Source of the DNA: Toensbergia leucococca
Taxonomy: Eukaryota
DNA length: 64,000 nucleotides
Assembly: GCA_022813965.1 (NCBI GenBank)
Contig: JALDZS010000052.1
Span: 1 to 64,000 of the forward strand
Direction of reading: 5' to 3'
Position numbers and translations under genes: made by a program. The notes under the pieces were generated by a model. The model searched no databases. It was not told where the DNA came from and saw only the letters and a program-made list of their open reading frames with translations. Below, in pieces: positions 11,684 through 23,300 of the stretch (position 1 is its first letter; each line of letters begins with the position of its first letter).

Positions 11684-13656
11684 ATGCAAAACCCTACTAA
11701 AGCTGATGTCGCTATTCCGGCGCCCAACGCTTGTGCTTTTTGTAGGCAGCGAAAACGAAAATGTGATATGAAACTACCCATGTGCTCCACCTGCATGAGG
11801 TGTGTCGGAAAAGAGACTTGGGAATCATGTAAAGCAACCACTGATAGGGCAACTATGACAGCAAAGAAGTAGAGTGTAATTACGACCTGTATGGAAAAAG
11901 ACTCAAGACTTGAAGACGGCGGCCAAATATGCTTAACGTTGAACCAGGACCTTGTCAAATGGTACCACTATCCATCTCAATGTGCCTCTCAACAGTGGTC
12001 CGAAGCAGCATCCAACCGATTCTTTCCCCGCCGTCTACTTCCTCGATCATCGAGTCTTCCGCTATGGCCGCATGGAGATTCCTAGGATGAATATCCCGCT
12101 CTCGCCTTATATCATCAATTACGTTGGCCATCCCTATCTAGCCTCTGGTCTCTACTTCGAGAAAATTTATCATTGGATGCCTATTATATCCAAAAAGCAT
12201 TTCTATGATCATCTACTGAATCCACTGTCACCACCTCGTGCCGACATAACACTTCTCATCTACTGTATGAAATTGTTATTGTCCTCGCCACAAAGCCAAT
12301 CCCAAGATGAACAGATACCGCAGACATCGGGATATTTGACGGCCAAGCGATTCCTTCTTGAAGCAGAGATTGCCGGCATTCTCACACTGCAGCTTCTACA
12401 GGCTCAAATTCTAGTCTTGTTGTACGAGATTGGTCATGCAATTTATCCCGCTGCGTACATGTCCATTGGCGCCTGTGCTCGATATGGACTTGCGCTTGGG
12501 ATCGATGAGCAGAGAGATATGCACTCAAATCAACCTTACCTTAAGCTGTTGGAGCAAGAGGAAAGAGGAAGAGTTTGGTGGGCTGTAGTAATCTTAGACC
12601 GGTTCGACTTCTCCTTCTCGTCAATTCAGAATAGCTGTGGTTTTTCATTTCTCGATATTGTACCCGTTATCGAGACTATTTGACGATTCAAAACTATTTC
12701 ATACCGCATCACACTCTCATGGATATCGTTCCTTCGCATCGAAACGCAAATCATGCGACACCTCTAATATAGCGTTTCGAACATCCAAATCAAGAGTGTG
12801 GCTGATGGTAAGAACAGCTTTATGAACCTGGGCAACCCAGGGCGTACATTATCCACACAAGATCCTAGACCGGACCATCTTCTACCAGCCGACGACAAAG
12901 ATTTCGACCAAGGTGTAAGTCTAGCAAAAGGATACAGCTACGCCAATGCTAAGCATTGCATTAAAGATTGTAAACATTGAAAATATATTCACCCTTTCTT
13001 CATCAGCAAGCATCAACATGGGGATGCTCGCTAGACTGTCTCAGGCCACCTATCTGCTGGGGCATGTCCTCAGGCACACATCTGACAAGACTATGGATAC
13101 CGCGTTTCATCAAGAAGAGAAAACACAGCTAACCCGCACTATTCGCTCGCTCATCGAATTATCGTACGTCGAGGGTAATATCCGACGAATGACAGTCTGC
13201 GCTCAAACATCCATTTGCTACGCCGCACTCATCTTACTTCATGACCCAAGTTCAACAAGGATCGATCATGATCATATTCAGTATGCAATGGCTATCTTAA
13301 AGCCTGTGGCAGCAGGAACAGCCTTCCGTCAGAGCATGTTCCTCACTGATGTTACGACATCCGTAGAGAATGCTTCCCCACTGTTAATGCATTGGGCATA
13401 TCAAGCAGCTACCATATATAGTCGGTTTGTTCGAGAGACTGGTATTGAAGAACTAGGACCAACAGAAAATTTCAAAGTAAAGTTAAGGATTATGAGTCAG
13501 AGATGGATGGCTGCAGGTATGTTTGGAGTCTTTTCGCTACTCTTCGGGTGACTAAAGTCGAGATTGCGAACAGATGCGTATTTACAGATTCTGGAGGCAA
13601 GGGAAGTCACAAGTATCGACAGATTCCTTTCGATGGCCGACTTGATGTCATCGTAA
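11684..13656 (+). CDS. Zn(II)2Cys6 fungal transcription factor with middle homology region
   Basis: CAFCRQRKRKCDMKLPMCSTC...ECNY binuclear cluster split by an intron. Motifs YFEKIYHWMPIISK, LYEIGHAIYPAAYMSIGACARYG and ERGRVWWAVVILDR. The final exon DAYLQILEARE...* ends at 13656. Confidence 0.92.
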
Positions 13657-14042
13657 AACATGCTTTGATCCCACTATGATGGAGTGACTCATATATGGCA
13701 GTTGCTTAAGTATTTGGGCTTACTATTCTGTCGGAAGAATAGATTGCTCACAACGCATTTCAGTTTCATGAGTTATAGGTTTGATGGATTCTCATGATTA
13801 CGGTATATTTGTGTGTATTTCGCTATCACCAGCAGCCGTCACTGACAGGCGAACTCGCTCATCACAGTGCATTGTACTCTTTGGGTGTTTTGCTACTTCA
13901 TGTTCACCTATAAGCATCTGTTGTACTTAAGGCAGCGATGTGTCAGTTTGTTTAGATACTTTGAGACCATCCGAAGATAAGTTTATAGGTTCTCTATGTC
14001 GGTAATTCTTGATTCGGGTTTGGACTGTATTCTCTGTTTTTC

Positions 14043-14789
14043 TCAAGAAGGGGTCGGAGCATCATGATTCCTCCTTCGCCATCGGTAACGATGGATCATT
14101 TCGACTTCAATGCTCATCTCTTTTAGTGTAAGTTTCAGACGTTCGTTTTCGGCGCGTGTGTTCTCAGAGGCAAGCTCGAGATGCTTGAGCTTTCCCTGGA
14201 GATCCCTGATATGACTTGCTCTGCGCTCACGGAAGGTTTGCTGACTGATGAACTGTGTCAGTGCCAACTGTGATGCACACTTCTAACGGGGATTGCTCAC
14301 GATTTCCTGTTCTGTTCTCTTCTCCGCAAACGAGCCGGAGATGGCAGATCCTGGTCTTTGCTGTTTGCTTGACGATAATTGTATGACCTGAAGTTTGCTC
14401 TAGCTGGGGCTTCAATATTGCTCGATTCAACTTGGGCAGATGGTCCTTCATGAAGCCCAGACGAATCGATTAAGCCAACATGATCGAAAAGTTGTGTCTG
14501 CGGTCCAAAGAGCTCATCGTTATCTTTGTGTAGCAAGGAGAAATAATTGTTACATCCCTATGAAGCACGAACCCATGAGCATGAGACCCGCAAGATTATC
14601 CTAAGCATAGTTGACAAGCGGAGAACAACTGCTGTACCCTTGATCTGCCATGGTCCCCTCTGAATTCGCTGGAATAGAAGAAATACCCATATACTGGTTA
14701 GGTTGAGGCACTTTGATGGAGTATGACTCAATGTCCATGCTTTTACTACCCATGTTTCCACTCCAGAGGTCCACAATCTCAGATTTCAT
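14043..14789 (-). CDS. bZIP transcription factor (Yap/AP-1-like basic region)
   Basis: RLRRREQNRKS|QQTFRERRASHIRDLQGKLKHLELASENTRAENERLKLTL (basic region plus zipper) is joined across an intron at about 14300-14244. The 5' exon structure is uncertain. Confidence 0.75.
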
Positions 14790-16034
14790 CGCTCAAAGTG
14801 AAGTGAGTGGACTTGTCCGCTTGATATGTAAAGCTGGAGGAACGGAGATAAGTTAAAAAGATAGCTGACTACAATGGATGGAAGAAGTGGAAAAGATTGT
14901 GAAAACTTGAACACATCTAAGGTGAGAGCACAACTTATCCCATATCCTGGCAGGGGTTTCCAATCAGACGTTAGCTGAGTGAACCGAACCCCTGGTTGCC
15001 AGGACATGGGATACCAACTTTAGAGCTGTTAGTATATTGATCGAGAGAAAGGACATGGAAAAGTCAGTATAGTCAGTAGCGATTCAAGGATTTCAAAGAT
15101 GACTGCATGACTTCTAGGTGGGTGAGACTGAGCTTTCAACTTTTCAACATTGATGCTACAGCCAAGGATAGATGATCGATTGGTTACCTGGGCACGAAGA
15201 AACCAAGTTGATGGGCACAATTGGACGGTGGTTGGATGATGTGATATTGGCAAGTAGATTTGGCAGCGTGGCAGATGACAAGACTTTTGGACAAATTTGA
15301 CTGCCGGGCTCTTGGTCGCTGCAATGTTGTGACCCTCAACGCTGGCCCCGAAGGCTAGTGAAAGGTAAGTTCTATATGCTGAGCAAACTTCATACCTTCA
15401 ATTCTACCAGGAAGCGAACTAACTAAAGGACTAGATAAGTTCTATCATTTGCGACGAACGCAGTATAGCGGCGGACGCAACGGCGCGGAGGCGGGCATGC
15501 TGTCGTTCACAAGTTGGAATGCTCGAGCGATGTAGTCATATCATCAGCAAGCTCTAGCCAGATGATTGAACGGAAAGACGACTCGAATCACTCCCCAGCA
15601 AGCGATTCTTCAAATCCAGGAGGATACTCGGTCAGCAGAGAATATCACAGATGTATGGTCTATCATATTCATTGGGCAGATAAGCGTCAGCACTAAGGTG
15701 CAGCTCTTCTAGCGGCGGCTGCAGTGGACCTTTTTCTACATTAGCAGCCGCCGCTACGGATCTTTTGGGCTCTCAAACGCAGAGGTACGCCTGCCCAGGT
15801 ACGTTGTAATCATTCGAAGACATGATTACTATTCGTGCCCCGCACCTCATTCGAAGAGCTTCCGGCTGGTTTCTTCCTCATCCAGGATATAACAGGGAAG
15901 GCCTATCTGCCCTTTTCCTTTGTATCCTACCTCTGCAATCCCTACTCCAACACAACCCTCCCCATCCCAATTCAGCTACTCTCCAAATTATCTCAAACAC
16001 TTCCCTCCAAAGCAACACATCATCCCCATTAAAC

Positions 16035-16884
16035 ATGACAGATCCCCCTTCCAAAACTGCCCTCATCCTAATAGACCCTTACAATGATTTCATTCACCCG
16101 CAAGGAAAAATCTACAGCGCCCTCGCCGACAGTCTCCAAAAGACTGATACCATTGCCCACATTTTCTCAGTTGTTGCCGCCGCCCGAGCAGCCCACATCC
16201 CAATTTACTACGGCCTGCACCAGCCATACAAACCTGGCACCTACGATGGCTGGAAACACATGACCCCCTCGCACGCAAAACTCAAAGAAAACAAAGTCTT
16301 TGAAGAAGGCAGTTGGGGCGCTGAGATTCTCAAAGGTCTGGAGCCGGATCTTGGCAACGGCGACGTGATTGTTTCCAAGCATTGGAACAGCAGGTGCGTC
16401 ACCCGCTTCCCACGTTATTTTTTTGTTTCATTCATCAGTGTACTATCTCCAACTGCCCATAATCGCACCGTAGTTCCTTCCAAAACACAGACCTAGACTT
16501 CCAGCTCCACCAGCGCGAAATCACCCACCTCGTCCTGGCAGGCCTGGTCTCAAACACCTGCGTCGAATCTACGGCCCGCTACGCTTACGAGCTGGGCTAT
16601 CATGTCACTTTGCTGTACTGTTCTCCCCTCCTCACCCAATACCCCCTCCTCTAACATCCCCTTCCAAACCCCATGAACAACACAAGCAGCACGCAGCGAG
16701 CGACAATAAGCTAACCCAACCTCCTTCCAGCACCGACGCCACGGCCGCTTTCAGCATCGAAACGCACAGCGCCGCAACGGAGATTTGCTGGCCGCTGTTC
16801 GCGCAGGCGGTTGTGACGGCGGGGGAATGGATTGCGAGATTGCAGCAAGGGCGTAATGTTAGTAGGGAGGAAGCAGTCCCTTGA
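16035..16884 (+). CDS. Isochorismatase-family cysteine hydrolase, 2 introns
   Basis: KTALILIDPYNDF (catalytic Asp), SKHWNS|SSFQNTDL (Lys), LAGLVSNTCVESTARYAYELGYHVT (catalytic Cys) and TDATAAFS. Confidence 0.92.
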
Positions 16885-17371
16885 TTAGACCAGACCTTTT
16901 TTGATCATGTTTGCTATTGAAGGGAAAAGATTTGGTGTGATTGGGTAGGTACCCATTTTTCTTTAAAATTGTTGTAAATTCGTTAGATGGGAAGATTTGG
17001 GGATTGAAAGTAAATATGGCATGGATGAACAACAAAGCGCTACAACTCCCCCCCCTTTTTCGAGGAAAGAAGAAGAAAGAAAAAATCAAGAAGATACAAC
17101 TCCTCACCTCCCCCTCCCCCCGGCGGGGGCTCCGAATACGAGAAAAGAAATATAAACTCCGCCCAAAAAGCACCACTTCAAAAAATCCCCAACAGCTCAA
17201 AAAACACAAAAAAGCCCCCATATAAGACTCTTCAACCACCCCACCCCCCCCCCCCCCCCCCCCCAAACCAAAAAAACAAACCAAAGCCCCCCTCCCCTCC
17301 CCTCCACCACCACCAAAAAAAATCCCAACCTCTCGCAATCCAAACATCACAACACATCCCCAAAACACCAA

Positions 17372-20300
17372 TCACAAACGCGGCACGTTCAGAGGCGGCA
17401 CGCCCAAACTAAGTGATAGCAGATCACCCGCTCCAGTAGAAGTAGAAGAAGGGGATGATGAGACCGTGCTGGTGATGAGGGTGCTTGGGGTGAAGGGTGT
17501 GTTGTTGCTGGAGACGGAGCTTGGGGTTGAGGGTGGGTTGTTGTTGCTGGTGGTGGAGGTGGTGAAGGTTGATGGGGGTTGGGTTGGGAGGGATGCGGAG
17601 GAAGCTGCTATGGATGCGGAGATGGAAGTTGAGATTGAGGCGGAGATGGATGCTGAGGCTGCCGCTGAAAGAGACCCTGAGAGAGAGACGCTGGGAGTCA
17701 CAGATGAGGGTGATACAGTTGTGATGATAGTTGTATAAATCGTTGTCACAGACGGTGGTAGTAGCGGTAGCAGTGGCGTGGATGTTGTGGTGGGTTGGTT
17801 GCCACTGAGGCTTAGCGAGAGGGAAAGACAGAGGAGGTCTGTCGACGCGCAGACTACAGGGCTTGAGGTTGCGGTGCTTGTTGTTGGGGTGGAGGTGATG
17901 AGGGTGTTTAGAGATGAGGCGATTGGGGATGAGATACCGGCTGGTGATGTTTGCGATGGGCTGGGAAGGGAAGGGGATGCTGAGACGGAAGCTGCTATCG
18001 AGGCGGAGATGGACGCTGAGATGGAGGCTTGGGCGGATTGTGAGACGGATGCTGAGAGAGATGCTTGGAGGGATGCTGATATGGACAGGGAGAGGCAGAC
18101 CAAGTCATTGGATGCGCATCCCGAATTGCCGGTAGCGCTGGAGGATAATGGAGTCAAAGAGGAGGGGTTTGATGTGATGGTTGTGGATGGAGGGGTTTGA
18201 GTGTTGCTGAGACCTAGTGAGAGGCTTAAGCAAAGAAGATCCGATGAGGTACAAGAGACGCCTGAAGGAGTTGTAGTGACGAGGGCTCCATTTGAAGAGG
18301 TGGATGAGGCACCTGAGCTAGAGGATTGCGAACCCCCCACGGGTACCGAAGTCGATATAGAGATGACTGGGCTTGTAGCGCCAGATGAGCCTGAAGGAGA
18401 AGATGGGCCCACGGATGAGGAGACTGTTGTTGAGGAGCCACCAAGGGTAAGTGAGAGACTGAGGCAAACCAGATCGTTCGAAGCACAGGTAACGCTTGAC
18501 GGAGGACCTGTGCTAGTTTGAGTAGGATTGGTGGATGTCTTTTGTGATCCGAGAAGTCCAAGCGATAAACTAATACAGACAAGATCAGTTGACGAACACG
18601 CTGATGAAGAAGCAGCCGAGACACTCGTGCTGGCCGGAGTGATCGAAATTGGCAAGATTGTACTCTGGGCGACGGTCTGGGCTGAATTGGCCAGAGTTGA
18701 AGTTGTGGACCCGAGAAGTCCGAGTGACAGGCTGATACAGACAAGATCAGTTGACGCACAGGCAGATGGAGCTGCGCTCTGCGTGTTTCCGCTTGAAGAG
18801 GTGATTGTGCCACTTTGGGTTGGATTTGGAGAGATGGAGCTTTGAGATTCACTTGAGGTAGTTGTTTGTGATCCACCAAGTCCAAGGGATGCACTTATAC
18901 AAAGGAGATCATCTGTGGCACAGCCAGCAGAAGCTATGCTAGACGCAGAAGTGCTTTGCGTTGTACCACTAAGCAAAGTATTCGCGCTGGTTTGAGTAGG
19001 ATTTGCAGGTACAGTAGTTTGCGATCCACCAAGTCCAACAGATGCACTGATACAGAGTAAGTCATTAGATGCACAGGCGGATGGAACTCCTGTTGAGCTT
19101 CCTGAGGTGACTGTAACAGCAGAGGTCGTAGGATTGAAGGTAATGGTGGCTGTGCCCGAGATTGAGGACGTTTGAGATCCACCAAGTCCAACAGATGCAC
19201 TGATACAGAGTAAGTCATTAGATGCACAGGCGGATGGAACTCCTGGTGAGCTTCCTGAGGTGACTGTAACAGCAGAGGTCGTAGGATTGGAGGTAATGGT
19301 GGCTGTGCCCGAGATTGAGGACGTTTGGGATCCACCAAATCCGAGAGAAGCACTGATGCAAAGAAAATCATCAGTCGAACAAGCAATCGAATTCGTGTTA
19401 GATGCCGGAGCTGTAGTAGCGGCATTGGTCTGGGCAGACGTGGGCGATCCTGGGCCAAGAGATAGTGAAGCAGATATACAGAGAAGATCATCAGTGGCAC
19501 AGCCAGAAGAACTTGATGGACCTGCACCTGAAGAAGTCTGCGAACCTCCACCAATTGAGATTGATGCTGAAATACATAGAAGATCGTCTACAGAGCAGCC
19601 AGTTGACGATGGAGCAGGTACACTTCCTGATCCTGAAGGTAAACTTGATGTGGTTAAGATCAACGAAGACACCGTGCTAGTTGACGTCCCAGTTGGTGCG
19701 CTGGCCGAGCTGGTTGGAACTGAAGCTCCAGATGCGGAAAAGGTTTCCGTCACTGAAAAGGTATCCGTCACTGAAAAGGTATCCGTCACTGAAAAGGTAT
19801 CCGTCACTGAGAACGTATCTGTCACTGAGAATATATCCGTTGTTGAAAAGATTTCAGTTGTCAGGAAAGTATCTGTTGTTGATAAGGTGTCGGTCACAAA
19901 ATGAGTGTCTGTCTCAAAAGTAGTGTCTGTCTCAAAGGTCGTATTCGTTACAAACGCTACACTTGTCACTAACGACGCTTGCGATCCGCTCAGCGAAGAA
20001 GCTGTCAGCATAGTAATAGAAGAGCTTCCTAGCGAAGCTGAAGAGGATGTAGACACCGAGACAGTTGCTGAAGATGTAATGGGACCGTTTGAACTCGAGG
20101 TTTGTGATCCACCCGAAGGTTTGAGGATTATTGTTGAAATACTAGAGCTTTTTGAGGCAGACTGCGAGGTAAGAATCGCTGATGTGGCGGACGTTTGCGC
20201 TGAGGATGCTGAGGATGAGGTCGGAATGCTTTCCGAAGATGATGGGGTTGAGGTAGATGTCGATGAAGCTGAGTTTTGGTACACACTTGACGCGGATGAA

Positions 20301-23300
20301 AGGATTGTCGAGGCAGGAGGTACTGAATAGGACTGAGATGAGGTACTATATGAGGTGGCACCGCTTTGAGACCCAATGAATGTGGATGAAATTGTCGTCG
20401 GACTAGAGCTTCCTGAATAGGATTGTGATAGAGTACTGCCCGAAGAGGTAGAGCTTTGAGACCCACTTAATGTGGATGAAATCATCGTAGGAGTAGAGTT
20501 TCCTGAATAGGATTGTGATAGAGTACTACCCGAAGAGATAGAGCTTTGGGATCCACTTGTCGTGGATAAAGATACTGTGGGGCTAGGATTTCCCGAGTAA
20601 GACTGCGATGAAGTACTTGCCGAGCTTGACGATCCGCTAAAAGTCGAGGAAACTGACTGTGAGATGGTAAGGCTTATGGAGACAGGTTGCGTGAAGGTGC
20701 TTGTGGATGAGCTCTGTGATCCGATAGAAGTTGATGAACCCGATGGCGAAATAGTGGATGCTCCGGAAGAAGATCCAATGGACGAGCTCGGAGGAACATT
20801 GGAAATCTGAGAACTGCTAAGTGTCGGCGATGCTGTTGAAGAGACTATTGAATATCCTGATGAAGATTGTGGAGAAATTGTTGTTGAATCCGTTGAGGTT
20901 TGAGACCCGGTGGAAGCTGACAGGGTTGGCGATGGGATGATGGAGCTTCCAGATAAGAACGATGAGAACTGTGAAGGGGAAGATTGAGTAACAGAAGATT
21001 GCGAGATAGATGAGGTGGATTGTGAGGAAGGGAGGAGGGATGGTGAGACTGAAGATTGTGTCTGCAGGGACGTTGGCTGTGTCGGAGTCTGCGAGGAAGT
21101 TGACTGTGTAGATGAGTATGTCAAGGTGGAAGATGAGGAAGCAGATGATTGAGTGGGTAAAGGTTGTGAAATGGATGAGGTTGAGGCGGAAGGCTGAGGA
21201 GAAGATGATTCAGAGGCAGAAGACTGCGTGAGAGCAGAGGTTGTGGGGGTAGAGGTGGAGGATTGTGACATAGATGAGGCGGATTGCGAGGGAGGAGGGA
21301 GAGACTGCGAGGTAGAAGATTGTGTCTGAGAAGTAGTTGACTGCAACAGGGTTGAGGTTGACTGTGAGATAGATGTTTGAGTAGAAGAGGACTGTACTGA
21401 AGATGATATAGACTGTGAGGCAGAGGATTGTGAAACAGATGATGTGGATTGTGAAGGAGGAGGTGGAGAAGGTGAGAAGGTAGAGGACTGCGTTAGAAAA
21501 GCGGAAGATGGTGATTGAGTCTGCGTAGAAGATGTCTGTGTATCCGAATATAGAGAGGTAGAAGATTGCGTGGGCGAGGATTGAGATGTTGATGAAGTAA
21601 GCTGAGACGTAAAAGGAGAGGACTGTGAAGTAGTTGATTGAGATGTGGAGGATCGCATCGCAGAAGGTTGCGAGGGAGGGAGGGAAGATGACGAGGAAGT
21701 GGACTGCGACCCAGAAGTTTGGGAGTCAGAAGACGACGTTGAAGGTTGTATAGAAGAGGATTGTGACTGAGAAGAGGATGATTGTGAGGGTAGGGAAGAA
21801 GTTGAAGTTGAGGTCTGTGAAGTTGTAGATGTAGATTGCGAAGTTGTAGACTCCGAGGCTGGGGATTGCGTGAAAGAAAGAGAAGATCCTGAGAGGGATG
21901 ACTGCGAGGAGGAAGAAGATCCTAAGACGAAAGACGCAGACTGTGATGATGAGGTCAAAGTCTGAGCACCAGAAGTGGCAGATGACGATGGAGAAATAGA
22001 GGTCTGAGAGCTTGAGGGCTGTGTCTGAGAGGTAGACGGCGGCGACTGAGATGAGGATGACTGTGATGTTGATGACTGGATTGTGGATGATTGTGTGGGA
22101 GAAGTTTGTGACTCTGAGATGGGTGATTGCGTTGCAGAAGAGGTAGACTGCGAGTTTGATACTGAATTGAAGGACTGTGAAGCCGAAGATACCGAGGTGG
22201 ATGACTGCGAGACTGAAGATTCTGAAGGCGATTGAGAAAAAGATGACTGCGAAGTTGAAGCAGAAGATTCTGAGGTAGATGATTGTGATAGTGTGGTAGA
22301 GCTTTGCGTTGAGGACGGCTGTGACTGAGAGAAAATTGATTGTGTGGTAGATGTGAGAGATTGCAAAGGGGGAGAAGATGTCTGTGAGGTGGAGGACAAC
22401 GAAAGCGATGATTGCGAGGATGATGATTGAGTCAGGGAGAATGAGGAAGATTGTGAAGATTGTGACTGAGATAGAGATGACCCTGATTGAGATGCAGAAG
22501 ATTGAGTAGGGTAAGAGGAGGATTCTGAAGAAGATGACTGTGACACAGAGAATGGTAAGGTTGAGGATAGTGAGGAGGATTGTGATTGTGATTGAGATAA
22601 CTGTAATTGAGATGAAGAAGATTGAATAGGGTAAGAGGAGGATTCTGAAGAAGATAGAGATGACAAGGATGAAGACGATGAGGATGGAGAGGATGAGGAT
22701 GAAGAGGATGAAGATGAAGACGATGAGGATGAAGATGATGAGGATGGAGAGAATGAGGACGGAGAGGATGAGGACAGAGAGGATGAGGACAGAGAGGATG
22801 AGGACGGAGAGGATGAAGATGACAGGGATGAAGATGATGAAGAGAATGAAGATGATGAGGATGAAAATGATGAAGACGATGAGGATGGAGACGATGAGGA
22901 TGGAGATGACAAGGATGGAAAAGATTGAGAGGAAAATGAAGAAGGCTGTGAGGTAGATGTCTGTGATAGAGAAGGGCTAGGAATGAATGAGGATAAGGAC
23001 GAGGACGAGGACTGGGAAGAAGATGTCTGCACCTGGGAAATAGAAGACTGTGTAAGATTAGGGGAGGATGTTGAGAATGATTGTGACTGCGAGAGGGATG
23101 CAGAAAAATCGGAGGTCGAAGACTGTGAGGTTGAAGTCTGGGATACAGATGACTGCGAATTAGAGGATTGCGTAGTAGACGCCGAGGACAAGGTACTGGA
23201 GGAGGTAGAGGTAGGCGACTGTGAGGCAGAAGAGCCAGATAATTGGGAGCCTGAGAACTGTGATATAGAAGACGTAGATGCTGATGTAGAGGCAGAACTT

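Noticed and set aside
16859..17371. 170-aa Gly/Phe-rich ORF
   Set aside because: It arises from homopolymer-rich low-complexity DNA between convergent genes.
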